A stretch of DNA of 63,933 nucleotides, filler included. It is 5 parts of 5 records of this genome, joined end to end, with 100 filler letters (N's around TTAATTAATTAA, not from the genome) between each part and the next. Parts side by side here need not be neighbours in the genome. Positions count along the whole stretch, not along the records: positions 12,550 to 33,571 come from DRR378314_1298; positions 33,672 to 47,995 come from DRR378314_1305; 3 more parts are not named here. One strand, given 5' to 3'. Made by a program: the position numbers and the translations under genes. Position 1 is the stretch's first letter. Every line of letters begins with the position of its first letter. The notes under the pieces are model-generated. The model was not told the origin of the DNA, ran no database searches, and saw only the letters and a program-made list of their open reading frames with translations. Positions 24,901 through 39,500 of this stretch are shown here, piece by piece.

Positions 24901-25736
24901 AGACTGTCACTGGCACGTCGCCGGAGCCGATCCTTTCCAAGTCGCCGAACAAGCACAACCGCATCTACTCGACGGCACTGCCCCTCGACGACGAGCTGTC
25001 GGCCGATATCGAGGACGAAAAGGTCACGCCGCGCCAGGATATGAAGGAGCGCGCGCGGTACCTCGCTGATACGTACGAGTGGGACGTCACGGACGCGCGC
25101 CGTATCTGGTGCTTCGGCCCCGACGGCACCGGCCCGAACGTGGTTGTGGATGTGACCAAGGGTGTGCAGTACCTCAACGAAATCAAGGACTCCGTTGTGG
25201 CGGCCTTCCAGTGGGTCACCAAGGAGGGTGTGCTCTGCGACGAAAACATGCGCGGTATCCGCTTTGACATCAACGATGTCGTACTGCACGCCGACTCGAT
25301 CCATCGCGGTGGTGGCCAGATCATCCCCACGGCGCGCCGCTCGTTCTACGGTTCGATGATCACGGCCGGCCCGCGTCTGCAGGAGCCTGTGTACCTTGTC
25401 GAAATCCAGGCGCCCGAGTCTGCCATCGGCGGCATCTACTCCGTGATGAACCAGAAGCGCGGTACCGTGTTCGAGGAGAACCAGCGTCCGGGAACGCCGA
25501 TGTACAACATCAAGGCGCACCTTCCGGTCATGGAGTCGTTCGGCTTCACGTCGGCGCTGCGCGCCGCCACGTCCGGACAGGCCTTCCCGCAGTGTGTGTT
25601 CGACCACTGGCAGACGATGCTCAACGATCCTCTCGAGGCCGGCAGCAAGGCCAACGAGATCGTGCTCGGCATTCGTAAGCGCAAGGGTCTCAACGTGGAC
25701 ATCCCGACGCTCGACAAGTTCAAGGACAAGCTCTAA
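21904..25736 (+). CDS. EEF2: Translation elongation factor 2
   Basis: Main exon 23214-25736 has [23 protein letters not shown] and the [11 protein letters not shown] diphthamide loop. The Met most likely comes from ATG|gtacgc at 21904-21906, the only ATG|GT I found upstream. An intron directly after ATG is a known feature of eEF2 genes. The start position is less certain than the gene identity. Confidence 0.95.
22472..22538 (+). ncRNA. Candidate intronic box C/D snoRNA
   Basis: Terminal stem actcg/cgagt flanks a C-like GTGATGC and a D box CTGA, about 67 nt, inside eEF2 intron 1. No target identified. Confidence 0.3.
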
Positions 25737-27475
25737 GCTTCTGCGCCGCGCGCGTCGTCCGTGAGCGCTGTGCCCTTGTGCGGGGCGCTGCGCTACGAGT
25801 TGTGCACGCAGCCTCTGTGCGCGTGCAAGTGTGACTGTGCGAATATGGCCGCTCAGGCGCGCCTCCTATCACCGCAGACTGCGGCACCAAAATGCGTGGT
25901 GACCGCTGCGCTGGGCATGGGAGGTCGCGGAGTGGAAAGTGAGAGAATAGCATGAGAAAGGCAGCGCCGTGGTGCTGGTGCTTGGCAAATGCAACGTTGC
26001 TGTGCTGCCGCTGGCTGGTGGCGCTTGCGGCACCCCGCGCGGTGCGGCTGGCGCCCCTCGCTCGCCCGCTGCATGATTATTGCCTTTGCTCGGCTGTTTT
26101 GCGGTGAAATTGTCCGGTGTGTGGAAGACTCTGGAATACAAACCAAACGTGGCTCCGTGCGTCGCCGGTCGTCTCCCGTTGAGGAGGCGCGTGTTCATTG
26201 ATCTGGCTGGCTGCAGCAGCACGCACAATGCTCTGACTAAGCTATCGCAGTGACGGCCAGGCGACGTGCCTTGCGAAGGATCGGCAGCAAGGGCGAGAGT
26301 GGGCCCGGGCTATACGATTGGCTTGCTACCCCGTTTCATCATATATTCCGCACCTCTCCGTGCAAAGGCAGACCCGCAGGTGCGAAAAAGTAGAAAAGCA
26401 CGATCAACTCACTCGCGCGCTTTCGCAGGCGCAGCGCAGCGCCAAGCACCTCGTGCGCGCACGCGCGTTCGTCCAAGACAACCAGGAAGGAGAAGGGCAC
26501 GGCAGCACGCGCAGGAGCGGTAGGCACGTCCGACAGTTGCGGCCTCGCCAGGGGAGCTTTTGCAGTGGCAGTGCCTGCACGCGGCATTCCCCTGCGCCGT
26601 CGTGTCCTGTCGCACCATACTTGTAGACATAGTGTACTGCTGCAAAGGCGAGGAGGTGGCCTACGGCGGATGCGCAGCGCTGGGTAGGAAGAGCTCCACG
26701 TGCAAGAGAGCACGCAAACTGACCAAGAGGTTTCGCGCGCGCGAAAAAAACTCGCGCGCTGGCACACCTGCCCCCTGCCAGCTGCACAGTCACGATGCTG
26801 TGCGACGCATACTGCGCAACATTCCTACGACGCGCACAAACTTTGTGCAGCACATGTGTTTCATAAATATCCATTTGACACAAGAACATGGATAGCAAGC
26901 GCGGAACGTCGGCAAGTTGCGTGATTCAGCCGCAAAAGCAAACGCCAGCAACGCACACCGTGCCGAGGTGATGGCGTGGCTGCTGCATCAGCGAGTGGCG
27001 ACGTAGACGGCGCGTGGACGATGGTGCGCGCCCTCTTACTCCCTCATGTGTACTACATTACACATTTTTCGCGTACATATAATCGTATTCAGCAAGATTG
27101 CGCACAAGGAATAGCGGCGGGGAGAGGACGCCGTAACGTCTGCACACACAACGGGCACAGGTGCGCCCGCGGGGTGCACGGCGGTCGCGATGCGCTCGCG
27201 ACGGCGCGCTTCCTGCAGAATAGGGCTGAAGTATCTTATGACACGTCTGTGTGGGCATCTTGTGGTATCTTGGCACATCTGTGCGTGCTGTATGTTATCA
27301 GACACCGTCTGACAAGTACAACACTTTGGTACAATGACTGAAAGTCAGTCAACGGCGAAACTGGCGATCTGGTGAAGGGCCCGGTCGCCCGCGCGAAGGC
27401 AGAGTTGAATTTCCCTCGCTTCTCTGTACTCGTTGCGCGCAAACCTCCTTTGCCCAGCCACTTCACCGATACACC

Positions 27476-28012
27476 ATGTCTGCCGCCGCCAAGCCCGCCC
27501 ACCCCAAGTTCCATGAGATGATCATCGCCGCCATCACGGCGCTCAAGAGCCGCACCGGCTCTTCGCAGCAGGCGATCTCCAAGTACATTAAGGAGCACTA
27601 CGGAGATCTCGGCGATCGCGCCGCCGTGCACATCCGCCTGGCGCTCAAGCGCGGCGTGGAGAAGGGCACGTTTGTCAAGGTCAAGGCCTCGTACAAGCTT
27701 TCGCAGGATGCCAAGGACGCGATGAAGAAGGCGCTGAAGCCGAAGAAGAAGCCCGCGCCCAAGAAGAAGCCGGCTCCGAAGAAGAAGGCCGCGCCCAAGA
27801 AGAAGGCTGCCCCCAAGAAGGCCGCCGCGCCCAAGAAGGCGGCTGGCGCCAAGAAGGCTGCGGCACCGAAGAAGGCGGCTGCTGGCGCGAAGAAGGCTGC
27901 CGCACCAAAGAAGGCCGCTGGCGCGAAGAAGGCGGCGGCACCGAAGAAGGCCGCTGGAGCCAAGAAGGCGACGCCGAAGAAGGCCGCCACCAAGAAGGCC
28001 GCGTCCAAGTAA
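27476..28012 (+). CDS. H1: Linker histone H1 (intronless)
   Basis: Globular domain HPKFHEMIIAAITALKSRTGSSQQAISKYI...LALKRGVEKG...ASYKL followed by a K/A/P-rich tail. Confidence 0.95.
   Translation: MSAAAKPAHPKFHEMIIAAITALKSRTGSSQQAISKYIKEHYGDLGDRAAVHIRLALKRGVEKGTFVKVKASYKLSQDAKDAMKKALKPKKKPAPKKKPAPKKKAAPKKKAAPKKAAAPKKAAGAKKAAAPKKAAAGAKKAAAPKKAAGAKKAAAPKKAAGAKKATPKKAATKKAASK
27740..28005 (+). repeat. Coding tandem repeats (PKKKPA/PKKAAA/AKKAA) in the H1 tail
   Basis: Roughly 18-nt degenerate units built on aagaaggc. Confidence 0.8.
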
Positions 28013-31000
28013 TTGCTCGCAATGCGACAATCTGGCGCTCGCTGTAGGAGACTGCGTGTGTCCTGCCGCGTGTGTGATATAGCAGCGAGGGATTCCTTTT
28101 GCTGGCGCGGAAAGCGGCCTTGCTTGCCATACCGGAACGCGTTTGCGCCGAGACCGTCGTCGACCTTGCGGCTGGCGAGCGCGCTCAACGTGCCTTTGCC
28201 GCCGCGCTCGTCGTTGTCGTCCCGGGGCCCCCGCTCAAGTTTCCCAACTAGCTGCAATACTTGTGATGCACGGATTCTCTCCGGCTCTCTTGTGTTTCTT
28301 GTGCAAGACATTCTTATCTGTAAATGTGCCGTCTTCCGATTTGTGTGTGCGCGTGTGTGTTTCGCCTGAAAAGGGCGGCGCAATAAATACCCAGTAACGC
28401 ATCCGAACGCCTTGCGTCCCCAAGCGGCAAACCAGCACCCCAAAACTCGCGACAGCCAGCCCTGGAAGCGTGCCTTGCACTGAGCCCGCACGCACGCCTT
28501 GGAAGCAACCCCGTCCTCTACGCGGGCAAACGCGCACGAGAACTATTCGACGTGGCCAATCGAGGCTGTACCATGTTCGGCGCAGCATACAGCTCGTGCG
28601 GGGAAGCCGAAGAGCGATATACTGCGTCGTCCTGGTGACGCTCCCAAGCGCTGACGCGCTGCACCCGCTCGGCGCAGCGTCCCCACAGCACACCACGCGT
28701 CCGCTGGTGTACGTGGGCCCCACCTCCACGAATCCTACCAGCTTTCTCGGAGCTCCTTTCTCTGTGCAAAGATATGTATCGTAATATTGTCACGCATTCC
28801 GACATTGCAGCATCTGCGTGGGAATCCAGTCCACTCTGACACCACACGGCGACCCAAGTCCAGAAGCGCGCCACGCTCCACAGAGGCGGCGGCGAGCGCG
28901 CGAAAAGAGGCGGCCCGCGGCGCCCCCGGCCGACGCACCGTCGCACAGAACCAAAAACGATCCGCATCTCCACCATTTCCGGACTTTACGACACTCGTAC
29001 AATCAAACAGTACACTCTCTTCAATAAACATATCGTACGCTCGCAGAGATCCTCTTCGGAACTCGGCAGGAGGTACAAATTTCCACGCGCAAAACGAGGT
29101 CCGGTCTGCCGGGGCAAGCGAGACGCCACACGGATAGCGCGCCGATGAGCGCCCGCGCGTCACGCACCCGCGACGACGTTTGCAGCTAGTGGGCAACTTT
29201 ATCCAGCCTCTCACAAGCGAAATTCCACAGTACACGCCCTTACCCTCATCCTTATACATTGAAACTAGCACTACCATTGCATTCGTCGTAAAATTTGGTA
29301 CCAGAAGAACCGATTGGCTGAACTATTCTCGTATGTTGAGGCGCCAGGCGGGGGCCCCAAGGCCTGCGCCAAGTTTCGCGCCGCGACAGCAGAGCGGAAG
29401 AAGACGCAGGTCGCTGAGCCAGCCGACGGCCACACGAGCGCACAACGTGCACTCTTGCGCATTTTTGCGTGCTACACCCATCCTAAGCAACCCCCTTGCG
29501 AATCGCTCAGATCGATTTGCATCGATTGAAAGGAAATCGCAAAGGCAGCATGCACAGCACCCAGCGCTCTGCACGACAAGAAGCGAAGAGCAGAAGGGCG
29601 CTTGTAGCTGTTCAAAGTAAGTCGGACACCGCTTTCGGAAACGCGCGCGCAGCCTGCCACCACCGCAGCGTCTCGGCGGGCAGCGCACGAGTGCGAATGC
29701 GTTTCTCCTCGCGCATCAACCCAACGCGTCGCTCCGAATAGCACTACTTTATGCATCGATACCGTCTCAAACGTCATGGTACTTCTGCTGACGACGGCCC
29801 GATTTGCGGGGGCAAGGCGGAACCCCGTACGGCCCCGCTCCGCGTAGAGTACTGCTGATCGCGCGGCAGTGGCTGCTCCCTGGCGCCGCGAGATCGGCTC
29901 GCGGAGCGCACCGGAGCACGGCACACCTCGCAGGCCGAGCGGAAACTGCCCAACGAGTGCGAACATGAACGCGCGTCAACCAACCAAGAGCCTATTTTGC
30001 CGCACCAGCGCGGAAACTTCCAGCGTATTTCATGCAACGCTTGTTTATCGCGATATATTCGAAGGCCGGCGAACGACGATCCCAAAACTACGTAGATTGA
30101 CACGAGCGCCGTGGGAGCTCGCATGGCATCACGGGTGGCGAGTGGCACAGAGTCGCCGCCGCCGCTGCCGCTGCTGCAGCCGTGCCAGCCCTCGATGGAC
30201 AACAAGCAAGCTTTCTCCCTCCTAACGAACAAGGAGAACACAAATGCGCGCCGCAATTATCCCTTTTTCCTTCAAATGCATACGAAATATCAGGTATCAT
30301 CGGAAGCTATGGGTTTCTTTTCGCAGATGAACTGGAGTCACACCAATAGGCCCTTTGGGGCGCAGTCCGCCGCCTGCACAGTCCTGCGGCGAAGCGCCGC
30401 GAAGGGAACCGCGCGCCCGGAAACTACAGCGCTGCGTTCGCCGCGCACCAATGAAATGATATGCACGGAGAGGAATGCTCCACTCGAGTACCCCAATTTT
30501 ATGACGGTGTTATGTCAGCCTTCTTCATACATAGAAAAGGGCCACCCGTAACCTGTACCATCGGCGGGTGCCCAAGGATGGTGGAGAGATACCAACGCTC
30601 GCGTGCAGCTGCCGCGTAACGGAGGGTCGCCGTCTCTCCTGCTGCTTACGCAGTAGCGGCAGCACTGCTGGAACGCCATGGAGCACACAGCATACACACC
30701 GAAATCCCATCTCTTCCGCTTGATCCGCGCTTTGGTAATACTACACATGGAGCCACCATTATGATTTGTGCCCGAGCATATCCTTCTTGGAAGCTGATAT
30801 TCCCAAGGAAACAGCACTGTCACGTCTGCACAGAGGGAGAATCCAGCGCGCGCCTACGAGCGCCGCGCGCGCAGGTCCAGAAGTGCAGCTGTCGCAAAGC
30901 CTACGCCTTGGCAGGTTTTTCGAGAATCCGTTTGCACCTATTCAGAAGATATTCCGCTCCTCACTGCTTCCACGAATCCTTCATACTCTCATAGAGACAC

Positions 31001-33571
31001 CATTGCTATAAGCAAAACGCAGGGTCTCCCACAACCAAGACAACGCACAACGCCGACAGCGCTGCCCATCCCCCAGGAGCTCTCAACGCAACCGCGTACC
31101 GCGAAGCGCGGAACAGCCCCATGCTACCGCGCACCGTCCTTGCCACTGCAACTCTACCCATGTACCGCCTGGATATTCCTCTATCAAAATTCCTTTCAAT
31201 TCACATCCACCATCAACCAATCTGCAGTCGTCGTTTCTCACAGGTGCGCTGCAAAACCCCTTTGCTGAGGCAAAGCGAACACCGAGGAAAGCGGCGCAAA
31301 GCACCAGGCTTGTGTCTTGGCCGCAACAGCCTTTCCCTTTCCGTCCGCAACACATGCTCCAACCCTACCACGACGCAGCAGATCCGAATCCTCGCCCTAG
31401 TTCGCATAGATAAAGCTCCCACGAATCAGTCAACTGCGTGATAAACGCGATAGGACAGACTCACACAACCGCCCTATTGCCGGATTCGGCACGACCCCCT
31501 TGGCACTGCGAGGCCGGGCCCCTGTCAAAAAACTGGCCAGCAACAGGCCTGCACACACAAAGCCGAGGTCAGTCACTCAGGCTGAAAATACACCAACACG
31601 CGCCGCTGCGCACGCTGGAAATGGACGCTGCACCTGTGCTATCGGTGCGAGAAACGCTTTCGCGCAAACAAGCACGCGTAGGGCGCTCTTCCAAAACGCC
31701 TCGATATCGCCTCCCAACAGAAAAAAGCGCGATCGGCTAGCAAAGCCACTTCGACAATACGAAATCGCAGGACCAAAAACTTCGTCCTTGCTTCGCAAAA
31801 GTGACGCTCTGTTGCGCGAAACATCGCTTTGTGGAGGGCGAGCGCGCAACACTTTGATAGGATACCGAACCGCGCGACTACGATTCGCAGGCGCAGGCGC
31901 AGCTTCCCGTCGCAGCCTCTCACTGCGATTCAGCCACAGCGCTGCTGCCCAGCACTGCAGGAGTGGCGCTGCTGCTGCAGCGACGGCGCACTGCGAAGGC
32001 AGGCCACACCGATCCGCGCACTCGCTCGGCCACGCAATTTCCGTCTCCCGGCGTCACTAGCGCATGTCCCGGACCGTCTTCCGCACCAACTGTATCGATG
32101 ATAAGATATCTATTTGCTGACGGTGCGATCGACGATGGAGGAAGGTATCTTTTGCGCATACACGAGAAGAAACGCACGCGTCCATGCGCACGCCATGTCT
32201 CGCAACAGCGCACAAGCTGCACCGAGCGACGCCATACAAAGGGCAAAAACAGGGCGCCAGCGTCCCAACAGTCACCTCAAAAAGGGCCCCCGTGGCACTC
32301 GCCCGCGTGCTGCAGACGAAAAAGCACGATTCTGAGCCATAATCAACCTAGCAATACATTACAAATACAAATTTGCTCTACAACATTGCAGCACAGAGTG
32401 CTCGCACGGCAACTCTTCCCGCGGGCGGCGCCAGTCGCAGGCAGCGCCGACGCGACCGCCGGCCGCGACGGCGAGACCGCGGCGCGTCCGACGCAGCGGC
32501 GGGGTGCAGCCTGGGGCCGGCGGGGCCCGCACCGACGCACAAGCTGTCAGAGTATCCACGGGCCAGGCGCGCAGGCACACGGATGCACCACTTCTATTCG
32601 CTTGCATGTGCGGAGCGCAGAGGCTGGGCCCTACCAAGAAACCGTAAGAGCAGCCGCCGAGGTAGTCTATTTTCCTATCTTCCCTTTTATTGAGCCCGCT
32701 CCAAATTCGGGTATGTACTTGCAAGAATCGGAGCCCCACCCTACTGCACGAAGGGAACTGTTCCGTTTCAAGCGCGCCCTCGATCTGCTGCGTCTGCGCC
32801 GCGGGCACGGGGACTGCAGACGCGCACGCTCACACGGAGGCTTCGCAAGTCCTTCCGATATGCGATAAAAGCACCGTACGTTTCTGTAAGCGATAAAATT
32901 GCGCCAGACTTCGCGCGGATATGACGGCAGCCCCAAGCGACGTAAACACACGCTAGAGACGACTACCAGCTGCGGGACATTTGATCAGGTCAGGGCACGC
33001 ACAACAAGCACCCGCACGTGCCACAACTTGCTTGCACCGACACAAGTGCACATTATTCACCGTAACAAGCACACGGCTACAAGAGATTACGAAGAAAATC
33101 AGTTTCGCAGCAGCAGGAACGTCACACTGCAAAAATATTGTGCACTGCCTATCGATGCCAAAGAAGCACATGGACGCGGCGCACCCGCGCTCAGAACCAC
33201 AGCACGCGTGCAACAAGGGTAGCGCAACAAAAATCAAAGTCTATTCCTTGCACGCTCGCTCCCACCGCATGCCTTTGACGTGAACACGCTGTAACTGTGC
33301 TCGCCCGCATGCAGGAGCGCGCGTCAGCACACACGTGCATTCCGAGCAAAACCAGGGGGGGGTTAATACACGCAAGGCTGGCACATCGCGCAAACCGCGC
33401 GCTCTACTCCCTCAACTCCGTACAACAGTGCACGAGGGTCCTTCCACGACTCAAACATGCTCAACCGGTCTTCTCCCCCAACGGGATTCTGTTACGCTTA
33501 TTCTTTCACGCGCTCACTCGGCACAAAGCCAAAAACGTGCGTATGAAACGACCGCCGCAAAGCAGTCCAGT

Positions 33572-33671
33572 NNNNNNNNNNNNNNNNNNNNNNNNNNNNN
33601 NNNNNNNNNNNNNNNTTAATTAATTAANNNNNNNNNNNNNNNNNNNNNNNNNNNNNNNNNNNNNNNNNNNN
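33572..33671. other. Artificial contig linker
   Basis: N44-TTAATTAATTAA-N44. Confidence 0.98.
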
Positions 33672-33889
33672 GTTTGTTTTGTTTTTGTTTTTGTTTTTTT
33701 TGCGCGCCACAGTACTGGTTTCCATGCGTGTGCCCTGCTTGTACATGCTTTGTCGCATGCTGTGCTTCGGAAGAGAACTCCCACTCCGAAAGGATTGTCC
33801 GTCGAAGCTTCTTGCTGCGTGGTACAGCCAACCTCGTGCGCAGAGCTTTCCCACCGACGTGTGTACGGGTGTGTACCTCCTCGTTCCAG

Positions 33890-35347
<1,458 letters not shown>

Positions 35348-36569
35348 TGGCGCGTGATAAGTGGGATAGGAAGAGGCATACTGCTGTGATGAAGTCCCTT
35401 TTTGCAGTACATGACATTGCCAACATGTGCCTGTGCACGTGGACAGCCTCCTCCCCAGCCGCACGCAGCTGCACACACATGCGCTTTGTTTCCAGCGTAA
35501 GCGTCTGTGACAAGCACCAGCGGTAAGTCGTTCTAAACGTTGTCAACTGTATTCTCGATTACCCTCTCTCGCAACCCTGCTGAAGTACTGCGCTTGCGTA
35601 CGACGTAGCTGCACGCTGTCCGTGCGTGCACCTCGGTGCCACCCGGGCGTGCGCTGCGCTGTCGCGCGCACGTTTGTAAACCCCCGCTGCGTTGGCGCAC
35701 CTGGTGCTACCCGCCGGCGCGTGCCCTGCGACACGGGGCGGCTGCGCGACTGTTTGCCGCGGAAAGCTCGAGCCCCAGATATATGCATTGTAGAATTAAA
35801 AATATGGTGGTTTCACTGGTGAAAAGTTTGGCGGCAGGCGTGTGCGGTCATATCGTGTAGGGAGCACGGCCCGAACGCTCCTGGACCTCGTGTTGGTTGC
35901 GTTGCTGCCGTGCTCGCTTGCGGCGCTCCAGCGCCTGCAGGAGAAGCGCCCCGCACCGCCTCCCTTGTGCGCCAGCGCGACGAGGCAAAGATCATGATAG
36001 AATCCTTCCCGTAGCATTTACGACGCCGGAGCTGAAACGCCTATCACTATTAGCACATGAATGTGTGAGACACCCTTACTGATGTCGCGCTTGCCGAGTG
36101 TCTCGCCCAGTTCCAGCCCCATTCGTCACTGCAGAGCGTGGAGGGCGCAAGCGTGCCGTTTTCGCCTCCAGCTTTCGCTGCGTACGCATTGCCGCCCGCA
36201 GCACACGCGAACAGATGGCGGTGCGGTGTGCGAGCTACAACGTGCCAGTTTCCCGCCCACTTTAGCCAGCACCAGTTGCTCAACACACGTATACGCTCTC
36301 TCATTGATCGACCAGTACCGTTTGGTGCTCACCGAACAGGCCTGATACAGAGGCAAGGTGGTGCATTCGTACCGCAGAAGCGCCGGTGCTCGCCTGGCGA
36401 GGCTGGTGGCGTACAAGAGCCGGCACAGCTCGACGACCGGCTGCACTCTCGGCGCCCCGACGCTACCCTGTGCAAATCTAACGAAATTTCTTTCACTATC
36501 TCACGATGTAATGTGTGAATGATATCATCTTTCTTGGTCTATGCACATGTACAGAGGAATTCAGCAACA

Positions 36570-39500
36570 ATGGTCGAGCACGATAGAGATGGAGAGACCG
36601 GGGAGACGCAAGGTCTGTGTGCGCGGGTGGCTGCCCGCCGCCGAGCGACCAAGGCGCGCTCACGTTGCTCGGCAACCAAGAGCGGGCAAGACAGGAGAAC
36701 ACGAAGGCCAGTTCCGCTGTCTGCAAAGCGATAATGTTCTGGTCATATGACATTTTTATCTCATTCTACCATTCTCGCCTCTATCCGTACCTGGGACATG
36801 TACGTGCACAACACGCAGGACAAACGGTGGAAATGACGCCCGCCCAGCCCCTCTCCTCCAGCACAGCCCGCGAGGCGTTCCGCGAACGCGTACGTTGCTG
36901 GCCATCGAGATCGTCAATGGCGCTCCAAGCGAACAAAAGTTTGGCCCCTGTGCTATCGCACATCTCATACCCCTTGGGAGAAAGTTATCCCTTCCAGTGT
37001 CGGGTCAACATGGGCCAAACATGAGCAGATTTTGCAGTAGCACTCGATTTCCGTCCCCCCTCGCTTGTCGTCTCCCCAGTACCTGGTTCGGGCGTTCTGT
37101 GCCGCACGCCTGCCGTAGCGTCAGTGCTCGCCGCTACAATAGGCGGGCGCATCGCACGGCCACAAAGAAATTGACCCGTGGCAATTGCGCGCTACAGCAC
37201 TAACGTTGTGGTCGTCGACGTACCGGATCGTGTTCTCCAACTCTCGCCTGGGACCACGTAACAGGATATCGAAAAGAGTATGCACTTCCACCAGCAGCGC
37301 GCTGCGCAGCACCATGTGGAGAACCATGGCGGGTACGTGTTCGAGGGTGTGTGCGCATCACATTGAGCAAAAGGTAGTGCATGTAGGCTCAGATCCTCCA
37401 TAGTCGTATTGCACTCCTTTCATGCCCCGGCAACACGCCTCGTTAACGCGCTAGTCGCACCTGTGGCTGATGCTTGCAGGGACGGCGGAAAGTACATCAA
37501 GAGCATTGTGTTCGGTGGCCTTGACGGGGTACGTGCAGAGGTGCTCGCGAGCCACTGCGGCCATCCTTCTACAGCCAGGGCGCCGGATACATGCTGTCGA
37601 GTAGAAAAGAAAAGAAACATACGTTAGCCGTCTCGCTCGCTGCTACGCTTGGCTCATAGCTCGCGTCGGTAAACACTACTGCTCGGTGGTGCTGTGCCGA
37701 TCACCAATTCCAGATCATCACGACGTTTGCCGTTGTTGCCGGCGTCGCCGGCGCCGGGCTCGATATGAAAATTGTTCTTGTACTCGGATTCACGAACTTG
37801 ATTGCAGGTGTGTCGCCTTTTGGAAGCGTTTGTTCGCCTAGAGAGGGGAAGGAATGAGGAGCGTGTACCTCGTGGAACAGCAAGCTGCACACCCGGCGAA
37901 GCAGTCGCACGCACAGCCGTTGCTTACCAACGCTGATCAGCCAAGAGCAAAAGTATGCCCAACATTTGGAGTAAGAATATGCGATCGAGGAACGTGGCAG
38001 GCATGCTGTTGCGCTATGTTTGTGCTACACCTTGTCAGTGCGGTGCCCCAACGCATTGGCTGCTCTGTGCAGTGCTTCTGGCTGCACCGCGTTGTGCCTG
38101 TCTACGTGCTAAGCCTCTCACTCTACGTGCACGAACTTTCCTGCCTGTGATGTTTTCCCTGCGCTCAAAGATGGTATTTCCATGGGTTTCGGGTACGTAC
38201 TTGGAATGAACTCCACAAAACGTCTGCGCTGTGGCGATTTCCACAGCTTCAGCGTACCTCGGAGCCCCGATTCGTGCTTGGTTGCCGTAGAATAAGAGGA
38301 CAGAGGCACTCCGGAAGGCTGTACTCGGTTGTATTTCCTGCACCAAACGAAGGTGCTTGTCATCGCAGCGACCCTGTTTTGCCGTTTTACTCCTTGCGAT
38401 ACTTATTGATGACACAGTTTTCCACTGTGCCGCTGGCATCTTCCCACTCCTTCGGGTGTACATCGACGCCGCTATGGAGCTCCCATTTGTAGACGAAAGC
38501 AGCTTCGACCTGTGTCCGGACAGACAAGGATGCGACGACAGTGCCAAAACTGTGCACTTGTCGAAAACGGGAAATATCTGTAGCGGACGCAAGGGCCTTC
38601 CAGCTCAGCTCATATGTGCCGCTTCCCCTCCTTTTGCTTGCGGATTTATTGATTTGTTTCTCGCTCGCTTGCGCGCTCTCCTCTGCTCTGCGACCCTGCA
38701 GCGACTACCTGTCGGAAAAGGCAGAGCTCGAGTATACGCATGCAGAGCGGCAACGCGAAGAGTGGGAAATGGAAAACTTTCCGGACGGTGAACGGCAGGA
38801 AATGGTGGAACTGTATACGAAGCGCGGGCTGTCAAAGGAAGACGCGGAAAACGTCATCAATATCATGTCAAAAGAAGGCTACGAGCAGTTCTTCGTCGGT
38901 CCGTTTCCGTGGCCGCTCTTCCGCAGCCATGCGACGCACCGCCGTCTCTTCACACGACAAACAGGCCGTAGACGCAGCCTACCAGCGCGTAGCTTCTCTA
39001 CACGCGATTTTCCTCTTGTCGGTATCCCGAGGTCGTGGCGGGGGGGGGTGCTTTCTGTGCCTGCGTAACCTGCTCGTGCACGATTCCGTCTGCTCGCCCA
39101 GCGTCGTATCCATACTTCCCTCCGTGCGCCTCTCCACCTGCCCGTTCTGTGTGACTTGCGCAGATCTCATGATGGTCGAAGAGCTCGGACTGCTTCCTCC
39201 TGATGACGGCGACAATCCAGCGATGAATGGTATGGGACGGGAATTTCTCCTGGCTTCCCTCGCTGCTGCTCCGTTCCTTGTTCGCTACTCTTTCCCCTGG
39301 CTTCTTCGCAGCTGTCGCCGTGCTAGCTCGGGTGCTGCGCTACGTTGCAGAGGCAAGCTATGGCCGTCGCGCCCCTGCCGCGTACCTCCGTTGAGTGCGA
39401 TCGCGTCGAACGTATGCTGCCTTGTTGACCGTGAACCGTATTGCGTTTCATACGCGGGTGCGCCTTGCAGGGCTGATCACTTTCACGTCGTTTGTGGTCT

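Noticed and set aside
23172-25607. 811-aa ORF antisense to eEF2
   Set aside because: Shadow ORF from strong GC3 codon bias, with no recognisable motifs.
27236-28491. Long Gly/Leu- and Ala/Phe-rich minus-strand ORFs
   Set aside because: They are antisense translations of the repetitive H1 tail.
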